From contig OX597834.1 of assembly GCA_951406725.2 (NCBI GenBank), positions 37,820,001 through 37,884,000 of the forward strand: a stretch of 64,000 bases of DNA, read 5' to 3'. The stretch comes from Octopus vulgaris (lineage: Eukaryota). A program made the position numbers and the translations under genes. The first letter of the stretch is position 1, and each line of letters starts with the position of its first letter. A model generated the notes under the pieces. The model was not told the origin of the DNA. It searched no databases and saw only the letters and a program-made list of their open reading frames with translations. Positions 40,381 to 53,873 of the stretch are shown here, in pieces.

Positions 40381-41680
40381 GCGGGAGGCAAGAACGTGAG
40401 ATACGTAAGGATATTGTATCTGCAGTACCATTATTTAAGCAGAATGGCGTATATGTAAGTTTCCTGTACCTTGTGTGAGAGTTCCAATGCTGTTTATAAT
40501 TGGTCATTCCAAGCTGTTTTTTGCATGCCGTGAGACTGATTTGATTGGTAGATGGATAGATTTATAGAAGAAGAAAGAAAAACATTCAGGCATCAATGTT
40601 TCGTTTTTTCTTATATTAATCTTTTACAATGTGTGTGTGTGTGTGTGTGTGTGTGTCTTACTGTACTACGTGGAGAAGTTCATGACACCATAAACATATA
40701 TCATGTCACCTTATTCCACGTATTGAGTTCTATATTTGAGATAATTTTCGCACCGTGTATAACACAAGAATGTGTTTCACAAATCTTAAATTATGATATA
40801 CTTGTACCTGTCTGTTTGTCTGTATGTATGTATGCATGCATATATGCATTTATGTATGTATGTATGCATGTATATATGAATGTATGCATGTATGTATGAA
40901 TATATGTATTATGTATGCATGTCTGTATGTATGTATGAATATATGTGTTATGTATGTATGTATATATGCATGAATGTATGTATATATGTATGTATATATG
41001 TATGTACGTGTGTATGTATGTATGAATATATGTATATTGTATGTATGTATATATGTAGGCATGTATGCATGTATGCATGTATGCATGTATGTATGAATTG
41101 TGTGTATTATGAATGTATGTATGAATGTATGTATATGTGCATGTATGTATGTATGAATATATCTATTATGTATGCATGTATGTATGTATGAATATATGGA
41201 TGTATGCATGTATGAATGCATGCATGTATGTATGTATGTATGTATGTATGCATGTATGATGTATGCATGTGTGTATTATGTATGCTTGCGTCTATGTACG
41301 TATGCATATATAATATACATATATGATATTCTCAGTAATGATATCTGATGAATAGCATATTGTACTTGATAAGAAATCAAATAACAGATATAAGAACAGC
41401 GGACCGTGTGATATCGAAATAAACTAGTTTTTCCGCCCTCAGCATCAAACGATTTAGAACGGTTTTGTAAGAATGATTTACAAATAAATCAAAACACGTC
41501 AACTAAATAAATAAGCAGATAATAATTTAATAAATAGCTAAATAAATCCGGCAGATAAATCTCTTAAGTACGATATAGAAATTGCATTGTTTTCTTTTTA
41601 TCTCCCATGTAAATTTATTAATGTCGAAGTCTTTTGTATCTATTTTGGTGTTCGTTTCTGAACGCATGTGCAGTTTAATA

Positions 41681-41726
<46 letters not shown>

Positions 41727-42065
41727 GGTGGCATGGTAGAGTGGGGGATCATTTTTTTGTGTCCTTTTTTTTTTGATTTTTTTTTTTGATTTTTATTTTT
41801 ACCAAAATAGCCATCGGTCATAAACGAATTATATAGGCGGAATAATAATTTAATAAGTGAACTGAATGGAAATCCAAGTTCGAAGGCGGAGGGAACATTT
41901 CGAAACGATATTGCGCTTGTATAGAAATGGCGAGAACGAAGAGAAGGGGGAGGAGCAGGAGGAGCAGGAGGAAGAGGAGGAGAATATTGGTGATGGCGGT
42001 AGTGATGAAGAAAAAGATTATGATGATAAGGAGGGGAAGGGTGAAGGAGAAAGATGATAAAAATA

Positions 42066-42114
<49 letters not shown>

Positions 42115-42304
42115 TAATAATAATAATAGGTAATATAATAATTTTCATGCTAATAATAATTATATTAGTAATTTTTTCATTATTAATATTATTGATATTG
42201 TTGTGGTTGTAGTTGTTGTTATTGTTGTTGTTGCTGTTGCTGCTGCTGCTGCTGCTGCAGTTGAAATAATAAATAATAGAAACCAGTGATTTTGTCGTTG
42301 TTGC

Positions 42305-42690
42305 TTTTTGTTGTTGTTGCCTTTCGGTTTCTGGGCTAAATCCATCATCATCATCATCATCGCCGTCGTCATCGAAATCATCATCGACCTCATTCTTCAA
42401 CACTATCATCATTATCATCATCATCATCATCGTCGTCGTCATCATCGTTGCCGTCGATTTCGTCGTCGCGGTAACCATCATCATCATTTATTGTTGGTCC
42501 GAGCCGATGATGATGATGGTAATGATGACACTGACGACGCCGATGATGATGATGATGAATATGATCAAGACAGTGATGATGTCGACGACGGTGTTGTATG
42601 CATCGACGACAACGATGCAGGCGTCTGGTAATGAATGATGGTGATGACAATGGATTCAGCCCAGAAACCGAAAGGCAACAACAACAAAAA
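42305..42690. repeat. Fold-back structure: 41-bp inverted arms enclosing (CAT)-rich then (GAT)-rich tracts
   Basis: 42305-42345 tttttgttgttgttgcctttcggtttctgggctaaatccat matches the reverse complement of 42650-42690 at 40/41 positions. Confidence 0.9.
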
Positions 42691-42789
42691 GTGGGACTGA
42701 ACCAGAAGCCAAGTGGTCGCTAAGTCAGTTTCTTGACCGATTATATAACAGTTATATTTTGTCTTCAGTGTTATGACGATAATCTTAAT

Positions 42790-43015
42790 TCATGATCACA
42801 CGAACGAGCAGACTATCAGACGGTGTTATACATCGCTAGTTACAGTGCGCTTTACTTCGTATTACCTTTCCAGTGACGTCACCTTGCTGATCGGAAGGCT
42901 AGTCCATTTCAAGGCTATACATTCACAGCTGAATGAACGGCAGCGACGTGAAATGAAGTGTCTTACTCAAGAACTCGACGCGCAGCTCGTCTGGGAATCG
43001 AACCACTTGACCATA
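42790..43015 (-). mobile_element. Diverged tRNA/CORE-like SINE of a further family (partial homolog at about 59900-60003)
   Basis: gtgaaatgaagtgtcttactcaagaac..gggaatcgaacc is a reverse CORE-like motif plus B box. tatcaga..gtt..acatcgct..aca.tgcgct is shared with 59910-59950. Confidence 0.55.
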
Positions 43016-43446
43016 CACCTTCATGTGCAAAATTGTTTATGATTTGATGGCATTTATGCCCTTCTTCCTAACTGTCATGTATTTGTGGTGAATATTTCTC
43101 TTTGTACCTTATAAATATCTTTTATCTTTTATCTAGACATTTTTGCTCCTTATTGTATTCGTTTTCATTGCCAAATCATTTTCTGACTCTACGCCTTTGA
43201 TACATCTTTAAAATGGCAATTCTTATCAATTTTTGTGTTTAATCCTTGATTACGATGTCTGGTCAGCATTCTATTAATTCTTTTATCAATTTGCACAAAA
43301 TATATCACAAAGTATTCAAACTTATTCTCAATACGCGCGCACACAGTACACATATGCACTCATACATATACCTGTATGTACAGATACGTGTATGCGTGAG
43401 TGAGTGTATATGTGCGTGTGTAGATATATATTTATATAGTTTGTAG

Positions 43447-43500
<54 letters not shown>

Positions 43501-43510
43501 TGTATGTATA

Positions 43511-43556
<46 letters not shown>

Positions 43557-44059
43557 TATATATATACATATATATGTATATACACATATACATATGTTTT
43601 TTTACACATATATGTATATATATATATTCGTGCAGTTTACCGTTTATGATATATATAAATATATGTGTATATATATATATTTCATATATATATACAAATA
43701 TATGCATACAAAGATATTTATATATCTATGCATACATTTATATATATATATATATATGTATACACACACACATATACATACATACATACAATGTATAGTT
43801 TACCAATCTTAATCTTTCATGTTTCTATGCTGTCCGATAAGAGAAAATCGCTAACCGATCGATTATGTTTCATTTATATATTTCGCCATGACCAACACCA
43901 GACAATGCATCGATTACCGTCTTGTGGATCAATCCCTCCACTTTCAATATTTGCTGTCTTCCTTTTGTTTAATTACAATTTATTTGTAGTTTCTTTTGGT
44001 TTTTAATTCCTGGCGTCGTTGCGTAGTTGTAGTGCAAAGCCTGCTGTGTGTTGTACGAT

Positions 44060-44082
44060 GGTCAGTATTGACATCATCGTCG

Positions 44083-44114
<32 letters not shown>

Positions 44115-44648
44115 GTCGTCGTCGTCGTCGCTATCATCATCATTATCGTAATCATCATTGTCATCATTATTGTCATCGTCGACGTCATCATCGTCATCCT
44201 CATCATCGCCGACATTATCATCGTAGTCCGCGTCATCGTCGCCGTCGTCATCATCAACATCATAATCACCGTCGTCGTCGTCAATGTCATCGTCATTATC
44301 ATCATCATTATCATCATTATCATCGTCGTGACATCATCATCGTCCTCGTCGTTGTCGTCGTCGTCGTCGTCATCATAGTCGACATCATCATTAACATCAT
44401 CATCATCATCATAATCTTCAACGTCATTAGCAACATCATCATCATCGTCGACATCATCATTAGCATCATCATCATCATCATCGTCAACATCATTATCAAC
44501 ATCACCATCACCATCGTCGACATCATCATTAACATCATCATCATCATCATTATCGTCAACGTCATCATCAACATCATCATTATCATCGTCGTCATCAACA
44601 TCATCATCATCATCGTCGTCATCATCATTATCGTAACATCGTCGTCAG
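44060..44648 (+). repeat. Degenerate (ATC)/(GTC) trinucleotide tract
   Basis: About 590 bp of ATC/GTC/ATT triplets. Confidence 0.9.
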
Positions 44649-44874
44649 CAGAGTAATTTCCGGAATTTTAGTTTATAGTTAACAGAAACGTTATCAGCAA
44701 TAACAACGACCACCACCAACGACCACCACGACCACCACCACTCTACGATCGCCAGTCCAATTGATCGCCGGACCAATAGAATAGCGAGCCACACACCTTT
44801 ACACACAACTTCCTAGATATAACATTTATACTACATATGCTACTAATTTTCTAACACACACACATATGTATATG

Positions 44875-44956
<82 letters not shown>

Positions 44957-44957
<1 letters not shown>

Positions 44958-45095
44958 GAGTGGCTGTGTGGTAAGTAGCTTGCTTACGAACCACATGGTT
45001 CCGGGTTCAGTCCCACTGCGTGGCACCTTGCGCAAGTATCTTCTACTATAGCCTTGTGAGTGGATTTGGTAGACGGAAACTGAAAGAAGCCTGTC

Positions 45096-45098
<3 letters not shown>
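44957..45098 (+). mobile_element. SINE family A, 5' portion
   Basis: ggagtggctgtgtggtaagtagcttgcttac..gggttcagtcccactgcgtggcacctt..gaaactgaaagaagcc. Confidence 0.9.
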
Positions 45099-45170
<72 letters not shown>

Positions 45171-45194
45171 TGTATACACACACATACTTATATT

Positions 45195-45400
45195 CTTTTT
45201 TAGTCTCTTTTCTTGTTTCAGCCATTTTGACTGCGGCCATGCTGGAAAACCGCCTTTAGTCGAACAGATCGACCCCGCGCTTATTGTTTGTAAGCCGAGT
45301 ACTTATCCTATCATTCTCTTTTGCCGAACTGTTAAGTTACGGAGGGCGTAAGCATCATCGGCTGTCAAGCCATGCTGGGGGGACAAACACTGATACACAA
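45195..45400 (-). mobile_element. SINE family A, 3' portion
   Basis: cttgtttcagcc..gactgcggccatgctgg..ctcttttgccgaac..gtcaagc..ggggacaaacac. Confidence 0.8.
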
Positions 45401-45469
45401 CATATACATACATACATACATACATACATACATACATACATACATACATACATACATACATACATACAT

Positions 45470-45835
45470 GAGCTGGCGGAAACGTTAGCTCGTCGGGCGA
45501 AATGCTTTGCGGTATTTCGTCTGCCGCTACGTTCTAAGTTCAAATTCCGCCGAAGTCGACTTTGCCTTTCATCCTTTCGGGGTCGATTAAATAAGTACCA
45601 GTTACGCACTGGGGTCGATATAATCGACTTAATCCATTTGTCTATCCTTGTTTGTCCCTTCTGTGTGTAGCCCAGTAAAGAAATAGGTAATTTGTCTGCC
45701 GTTACGTTCTTAGTTCAAATTCCGCTGAGGTCGACTTTGCTTTTCATCCTTTCGGGGCCGATATAATATAAGTACCAGTTATGCACTGGGGTCAATGTAA
45801 TCAACTTAATCTCTTTGTCCGTCCTCGTTTCCTTA
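45470..45835 (+). mobile_element. SINE family B with two internal units
   Basis: Head gagctggcggaaacgttagc, then two agttcaaattccgc..gtcgactttgc.tttcatcctttcgggg units. Confidence 0.9.
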
Positions 45836-45842
45836 TTTGTCA

Positions 45843-46130
45843 GATCCCCGTATACTGCATTAATATTCCGCGCACTTATCGTTGCGTTGTTGCTTTTATT
45901 GAACTCATAAAGCAAAATATGCCAAATATGTTGCTTTGTCACATCTCTTATAGCTTTGAGAAAAAACTATTAAAATCGAACTGCACTCTTCAGAACTTGC
46001 ACTAAGACTAAGGACAAGGTAAATTTATTACCTGCTTTTATAGCAAGTTGATGCAGGTAGTTTATTCCATCCCCCTCCAGCTTTTAGTTCATGCTTTTGA
46101 AAAAGCCGCTTTATTTATGAGATGACTCAA
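45843..46130 (-). mobile_element. Mariner transposon 5' fragment (TIR plus transposase N-terminus)
   Basis: TA-TTGAGTCATCTCATAAATAAAGCGG is a TIR-like start. Translation TKQHIWHILLYEFNKSNNATISARNINAVYGD is a Mos1/SETMAR-type N-terminal HTH. Truncated at the adjacent SINE. Confidence 0.85.
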
Positions 46131-46145
46131 TATATGTATGTATAT

Positions 46146-46222
<77 letters not shown>

Positions 46223-46320
46223 CAGGGTAAGAAAAACTTTTAGAAATCTTTTACTACCAGTGGCCTAGCGTGCAGAAAAATTATTCAATAGACAATATAT
46301 TATTCTTATAAATACAGTGT

Positions 46321-46392
46321 ACCTGTTGATGAAGACTCCGCCTAGCAAATTATTTTATTTGCTAATATAGAGTCAGAAACCATGGTCCAGGT
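46321..46392 (+). ncRNA. Minimal type-I hammerhead-ribozyme-like motif
   Basis: acctg TTGATGA a gactc[..tagcaaat tatttt atttgcta..]gagtc a GAAA ccatgg TC caggt. Perfect 5-bp stem I, palindromic helix III, GUC site at 46385-46387, C3 changed to U. Confidence 0.7.
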
Positions 46393-46687
46393 GATAGATG
46401 GTAAATGTTTTTATTTTTCATTCCCTTCGACATTTATCCCTAATTGTGGTTTGGATTTTGGCTATTCCTTCAAGCGTGCCAAGTATCCTATGAAGGATAC
46501 CTCTTATGTGTTTAAATGTACACTGTATTTATATATATATGCACTTACAAACTTACATACATAATGGCCGATATATGGACTGCATAGGATGTATATACAA
46601 ACACACACATACATACACACATATACAGAGATTGAGAACTCTATTTTATATATGTGTATACATATATACATATACGCATACATGCAT

Positions 46688-46720
<33 letters not shown>

Positions 46721-47296
46721 TGCTGGATACGTGTAATTTTCATTGGGTGATTCATGAAGCTCATAACTTGAGCTACACGGCTGTTTGATTTTCTGAGTTG
46801 TATGTCCAAGTAGATCGCCGATAATATTGATTCTGGAACGGAAATAACATCCACAAGAAATAATACTTTTGGTCTGTGACTTCATTTGAGGTTCCAGTTA
46901 TCCGAGTTTCGTGGACGTCACATCTGCCTTCCGTTTACTTATAGTATGTCACTTGCACGGTTTTTACGCTTTTGTTAATGAGGGTGCATCGTGAGGCCCT
47001 TTTCTGAGAAACCCTTTTCGTGGATTTTATGTCCACGTTCGTGTCTTATAGTGTTCCTTTCAGGGGATTAATGGAGCGCTTTTTACTAGCCACCACCATT
47101 ACCATTATTCATACCACTGCCGCCACGTCTTTCAGAAGATCACATTATCGTTGCCATCAATTTCAATATGATTCACTTTCACCAAAGCCACCATCCCAAC
47201 AAGAACTTCGAGTTCTGAATAGGGACAAAATAAAGAAGGTAGGAAAATTCGAAACAGCAAACATAGAAAGTGGGGAAAGTAATAAATGAAAGAAAA

Positions 47297-47377
<81 letters not shown>

Positions 47378-47378
47378 C

Positions 47379-47441
<63 letters not shown>

Positions 47442-47471
47442 TGTAGATAGATACATAGGTAGATAGATAGG

Positions 47472-47534
<63 letters not shown>

Positions 47535-47829
47535 TTGAGAAAAGAATGAGAGGGGTGTGTTGAAAGTAGTTGGGTAAAAAAGACAGTAAGAAAGCAATTA
47601 ATAGAAAACTGCTTTCAAAAGAAGAAAGAATAAGCGGATGGAATGGGTAGCTGGGTAGGCGGGTGTATTGGTACCTTTGTTAGTATATAGAATGGTTGGC
47701 TGGTCGGGTGGTCGGGTGGTCGGTTGGTTGGTATGAGAGAAAAAAAAAGGAATGTGAGGGAGAAAGGAAGGAAATCTGAAAGAAAGTCGTGAAAGGTATG
47801 ACAGAAAAGAATGGCTATAAGAAAGATAG

Positions 47830-48124
<295 letters not shown>

Positions 48125-48580
48125 GCTGTGGAAATAGTAATGATGTGTGAGATTTGATAATGATATTGTCGAGTACAAGTAAAGAGAGAACGTGATTCGA
48201 TGAGAATTGGTGAGATTGCGATATGTTAGCCTACAGAGATTGCGCACACAAAATGGCTTCTCTGCAATTGCTATTTGCTGATAACTGCTTTTCTATTGGA
48301 TTACAATGTAAAAAGAATGGTACGTCTTTATCTATGACTGTATGAGTCTTTGATTCTGTGAGTTTTTCTCTGTTCAAGAATATGTGTGTATGCGCATTTC
48401 TGTTTGCCTGTATACGTATGTGTATATTTGTATGTATGTATGTATGTATGTATGTATGTATGTATGTATGTATGTATGTATGTATGTACGTATGTATGTA
48501 CGTATTTATGTATGTATATATGTATGTATGTATATGTCTACGTATATATATATATATGTGTGTGTGTGTATGTATGCATC

Positions 48581-48620
<40 letters not shown>

Positions 48621-48716
48621 CGTAAATATAGGTAGATATATATACTTTATCTATCTATTTATCTATCTATCTATATATATGTGTGTGTGTGTATGCATAA
48701 ATGTATGTGTATATAC

Positions 48717-48751
<35 letters not shown>

Positions 48752-49211
48752 TATATATATATGTACACATATATACATATATATATTTATGTATGTATAT
48801 ACGTACATGTATATATATATATGGATGTATGTATATATCCATACATATATATATATATGCATGTATATATCCATCCATATATATATATATATACACACAT
48901 ATATATATACACACACACATATATATACATATATATGTGTATATATGTATGCATATGTCTGTGTGTGTATACTTGTGAGTGAGGGAGGAAACATGACCAA
49001 CAGTGTGCGCAGATAAGCTTAAACATTACTATATTACTATATACTGTTTGAAATATAATTTTGCGAGTGTGTGTGCGTGTGTGTAAATGTGTGTGTGTGT
49101 GTGTTTGTGTGACCTTTGAACTGCTCTCTCTGCACAATTTATATCGAGTTAAATCTATTTTTTCCTCACGTTTTCTTCTATCTGGACATGTGTATGCATA
49201 TGTATATATGT

Positions 49212-49537
49212 AAAGACCCCCTTCGGTCATGAACGACCATGGGGGTTGTACCTAGAAAGTTACCCTTCTAGGAATAACTTTGGTCGAGGTTGTTTATGGA
49301 AAAACCAGCAGTCGCCCATGCATACCAGCCTCCCATCTCCACGCCACCGATGTTATCGAAGGAAAAGGCAAAGGGGCCGATACAGCTTGGCACCAGTGAC
49401 GTCGCAACACATCTCAACAGCTGAGTGAACGTGAAATAAATTGTCTTGCTCAAGAACACAACACTCAGCCTGGTCCGAGGATCGAACACACGACCCCATG
49501 ATTGTCAGCTCGATGCTCTAACCCCTGAGCCATGCGC
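49212..49537 (-). mobile_element. SINE family C, full-length
   Basis: Reverse head gcgcatggctcaggggttagagc..gtgttcgatcc (A/B boxes), tgtgttcttgagcaagac, tail catgaccgaagggggtcttt. Homologs at 29040 and 29552. Confidence 0.85.
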
Positions 49538-49859
49538 TTTGTAACCATAAAGTGCCTTAATCTATCATCAACGCTACTAAACCTTCAAATTCTTTTTATT
49601 TTTAAGATGAAGTGGTGTTGACGTGTGTTGCCGCTTATTTATATTTTTTTGATTGGTTGAGATGTTTTCATCTAAATATCAATTTTGACCGAGAGATTCA
49701 AACGTCATTAGTCAGCTGGGGTTTTTTTTGTCTGTTATATTTTTAGAAGGTGAGTTTTGTTTTTCTTTGGCAAATGTGTGTTATCAGCATTTTTGTAATT
49801 TTTCAGCGTTGGTGTCTTGTAAAAGAAGTATTGTCTCCATCAGTGATCGTTGATCTTTT

Positions 49860-50055
49860 ACTTGCTTCCATCATTTGACTGCGGTCATGCTGGGGCACCG
49901 CCTTCGATTGTTTATTCGAACAAATTGACCCCAGTACTGCATCACTTTTATTCCTTAAAGCCTCGTACATATTCTATCAATTTCTTCGCCGGACCGCTTG
50001 GTTACGGGAAGTGAATAAACCAACAGCGGTTGACAAGGGGGTGAGAACAAAAGCA
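49860..50055 (-). mobile_element. SINE family A, 3' portion, diverged
   Basis: tcatttgactgcggtcatgctggggcaccgcc..gaccccagtact..attctatc..gttacggg. Confidence 0.7.
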
Positions 50056-50456
50056 CACATAAATGTGTACACATATGCATGTCTCTCTTTTCCATTCTCT
50101 CTCACCCTCTCTTTCTCTTTCGGTGTCTGTGTATGTGTATTCATGTATATATGTGTGTGTATGTGTATGTGTATTTGCCATTGTCTTCAAAAGGGGAGAC
50201 GATTTGCTGTAATAACATCCCGTGACTGGTCACCGGGTGAATACCCATGACTTTTTGCATGTATCAGCGACAAATTATGATTTCTACGTAACTCTTAGCT
50301 TCCCGAAACAGCTGTTGTGTCAAACCAGTACATAATTCCTTCATATAATTTCTTTAGCTTTATTCTGCATTTATTGTGCTTTACGTAAACGTATAAACAC
50401 TCACAGACACAAGCACACATGCGCGCGCACACACACACACACACACATATATATAG

Positions 50457-50681
50457 GGCGGCGAGCTGGCAGAAACGTTAGCAGGCCGGGCGAAATGCGC
50501 AGCCGTATTTCGTCTGTCGTTACGTTCCGAGTTCAAATTCCGCCGAGGTTGACTTTGCCTTTCATCTTTCGGGGTCGATAAATAAAGTACCAGTTAGGCA
50601 CTGGGGTCGATATAATAGACTTAATCCCTTTGTCTGTCCGTGGTTGTCCCCTCTATGTTTAGCCCCTTGTGGGTAGTAAAG

Positions 50682-50685
<4 letters not shown>
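50457..50685 (+). mobile_element. SINE family B, single unit, truncated by (TA)n
   Basis: GGCGGCGAGCTGGCAGAAACGTTAG..GAGTTCAAATTCC (B box)..GACTTTGCCTTTCATC.TTCGGGGTCGATAAATAAAGTACCAG. The central block resembles the Meta-SINE domain as I recall it. Confidence 0.9.
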
Positions 50686-50739
<54 letters not shown>

Positions 50740-50827
50740 GATGCCCTCTGATTTCTGTTCAGCAAATGGACTCGCAAGACTTTGATCGGCACGTGGTTAT
50801 TGCAGAAGACACTTTTTGAAGTAGCAA

Positions 50828-50886
<59 letters not shown>

Positions 50887-50887
50887 A

Positions 50888-51280
50888 GGCGGTAAACTGG
50901 CATAATCATTAGCACGCTGGTCGATATGCTTAGCGGTATTTCGTCTGCCGCTACGTTCTGAGTTCAAATTCCGCCGAGGTCGACTTTGCCTTTCATCCTT
51001 TCGGGCTCGATTAAATAAGTACCAGTTACGCACTGGAGTCGATATAATCGACTTAATTTGTTTGTCTGTCCTTGTTTGTTCTCTCTGTGTTTAGCCCCTT
51101 GTGTGTAATAAAGAAATAAAGAAATCGGTATTCCGATTGTCGCTACGTTCTGAGTTCAAATTCCTCCGAGGTCGACTTTGCCGTTCATCCTTTCTGGGTC
51201 GATAAATTAAGTACCAGTTATGCACTGGGGTCGACGAGATCTACTTATTCCCTTCCACAAAATTAATTGCCCTTGAGGCA
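50888..51280 (+). mobile_element. SINE family B with two internal units
   Basis: Head followed by units at about 50955 and 51146. Confidence 0.9.
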
Positions 51281-52049
51281 AAACAGCGGCAGTAGCAGCA
51301 GCGACAGCAGCTTTAATCTCCCCCAACGGTGTCACGTCTGATCTTCCTGTCCACATCACAACTGTCCAAACCAAACATTACACCGATCTAATCGTTAAGT
51401 CAAGTCATTGATCAACTTTGCTTTTTGAAGGCAAAGGAAGCGAGTTCAATCTCATGTAGTCCTAACGATTTACGCGCGTTATTTTTTTTTTTGTTTTGTT
51501 TATTGTTTTTCTTTAATGATATTTTACTTTATCGTAGTTGTCTCCTTGATCTCGTGAAAATCAATCACTTTAATGAAGTTAAGACTTCGATCTCCTCACA
51601 ATCCTAAACTTTGTATCTGAACACTGTGTTACAGTTGTTGTTATTGTTTTATTGCGTGTGCGTGCGCGCTAGTGTGTATGTGTGTGAATGTGTGTGCGTG
51701 TGCATGTGTGTGTATGTGTGTGAATGTGTGTGCATGTGTGTGTATGTGTGTGAATGTGTTTGTGTGTGCATGTGTGTGAATGTGTGTGCATGTGTGTGTA
51801 TGTGTGTGTGTGTGTGTGTGTGCATGTGTGTGAATGTGTGTGTGTGTGCATGTGTGTGTATGTGTGTGAATGTGTGTGTGTGCATGTGTGTATGTGTGTG
51901 AATGTATGTGTGTGTGGTGATGGCGGGGTGGAATCGATAGCTTTTTTTTATTATTGAAATGTTATCAGTCCAGCCACCAAACCAGCCAACTGGTTGACAA
52001 AATCACTTCCTCCAAAAAAACCACTAATCTTTCCTTCTCCCGCTTTCTT

Positions 52050-52149
52050 TATCTTTCCCCCTCTCTCTCTCTCTCTCTCTCCCTCCTTCTTTCTTTCCCT
52101 CTCCATCCATCCATCTATCTATCTATCCGTCTATCTATCTATCTATCTA

Positions 52150-52219
<70 letters not shown>

Positions 52220-52375
52220 CATCTATCTATCTATCCGTCTATCTACCTATCTCTCTCTCTCTCTCTCTCTCTCCCTCTTTCTTTCTTTCCCTCTCCATCC
52301 ATCTATCTATCTTTCTCTCTCTCTCTCTCCCTCTCTCTCCCTCCTTATTTTTTTCCCTCTCCATCCATCTATCTA

Positions 52376-52423
<48 letters not shown>

Positions 52424-52461
52424 GCCTTCATTCTTTCCCTCTCCATCCATCTATCTATCTA

Positions 52462-52507
<46 letters not shown>

Positions 52508-52569
52508 GCCTTCATTCTTTCCCTCTCCATCCATCTATCTATCCATCCATCTATCTATCTATCTATCTA

Positions 52570-52642
<73 letters not shown>
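52050..52642 (+). repeat. Compound polypyrimidine repeat, about six higher-order units
   Basis: Repeated ttccctctccatccatctatctat followed by (CT)n. Confidence 0.85.
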
Positions 52643-52648
<6 letters not shown>

Positions 52649-53007
52649 CAAACACGGTCATCAATTAAAAGACTCTGTGACAAATGAATGAGAAAATTTG
52701 TCGAAGGAACTTTCTTGTTTCTTTTAAGTAAAATACTTTGAACGAGCAAAACAAATTGGCGAGTAGGAAAAAGAACGAGTTATTTCTTTCATCCTTCCTT
52801 TCTCCTTTTCTTTGCTTCTTCCATTTTTCTTTTTTATCCTTCTCTTAATTCAGTTTTTGTGTTATTTGTCTTTCATCCACATGCTCAGTTGACATTTCTC
52901 ACTTGCAATATCGCCATTTTCTGAAATAAGGAAATTTCTTTAAAAAATAAATTAAAATATTTGTTATAATTATTTTATTCATCTAATTTTTTTTTATTGC
53001 GATAAAA

Positions 53008-53595
53008 GGCGGCGCGCTGATTGAGTCGTTGGTACGCTGAACAAAAAGCTTAGCAGTATTTCTTCTGCCGCTATGTTCCGAGTTCAAATTCCGCCGATGT
53101 CGACTTTGCCTTTCATCCTTTCAGGGTAGATAAATTAAGTAGCAGTTACGCACTGGGGTCGATATAATCGACTTAATCTGTTTGTCTGTCCTCGTTTGTC
53201 CCCTTTGTGTTTACCCCCTTGTGGATAGTAAAGAAATAGGTATTTCTTCAGCCGTTACGTTCTGAGTTCAAATTCCGCCGAGGTCGACTTTGCCTTTCAT
53301 CCTTTCGGGGTCGGTAAATTAAGTACCAGTTACATACTGGGGTCGATGTAATCGACTTAATCCCTTTTTTTGTCCTTGTTTGTACCCTCTATGTTTAGCC
53401 CCTTGTGGGCAATAAAGAAATAGGTATTTTATCCGTCTTTACGTTCTGAGTTCAAATTCCGCCCAGGTCGACTTTACCTTTCATCCTTTTGGAGTCGGTA
53501 AATTAAGTACCAGTTGCGTACTGGGGTCGATCTAATCGACTGATCTCCACACCAAAAAATTTCAGGCCTTGTGCCTAGTGTAGGAAAGAATATTA
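53008..53595 (+). mobile_element. SINE family B with three internal units of about 183 bp
   Basis: gagttcaaattccgcc at about 53080, 53264 and 53448. The last unit ends in the alternative terminus aatttcaggccttgtgcctag..gaaagaatatta. Confidence 0.9.
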
Positions 53596-53619
53596 GTTTC
53601 AAATTTTGGAACAAGCCCC

Positions 53620-53752
53620 TCGGTGCTCAACATGTACTTATTTTATTGATCCCCGAAGGAATGAAAAGTAAAGTCGACTTCGGTAAAATTTGAACTCGGA
53701 GTGAGAAAACAGACGAAAGCTGCGAAGTATTTCGCACGGCGTTCTAACGGTT
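53620..53752 (-). mobile_element. SINE family B, inverted diverged copy
   Basis: gtacttattttattga.cccgaagg.atgaaa.gtaaagtcgac..atttgaactc. Confidence 0.75.
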
Positions 53753-53873
53753 TAGTTTAGTTCGTCGGTTTAGTTTAGCTAATAAAATTAACTATTATAA
53801 CTGATTACTTACTAAAGTCACTAATACTAGTTTCATAACACCTTTATTAACTATAATAATCAACAACAATTTA

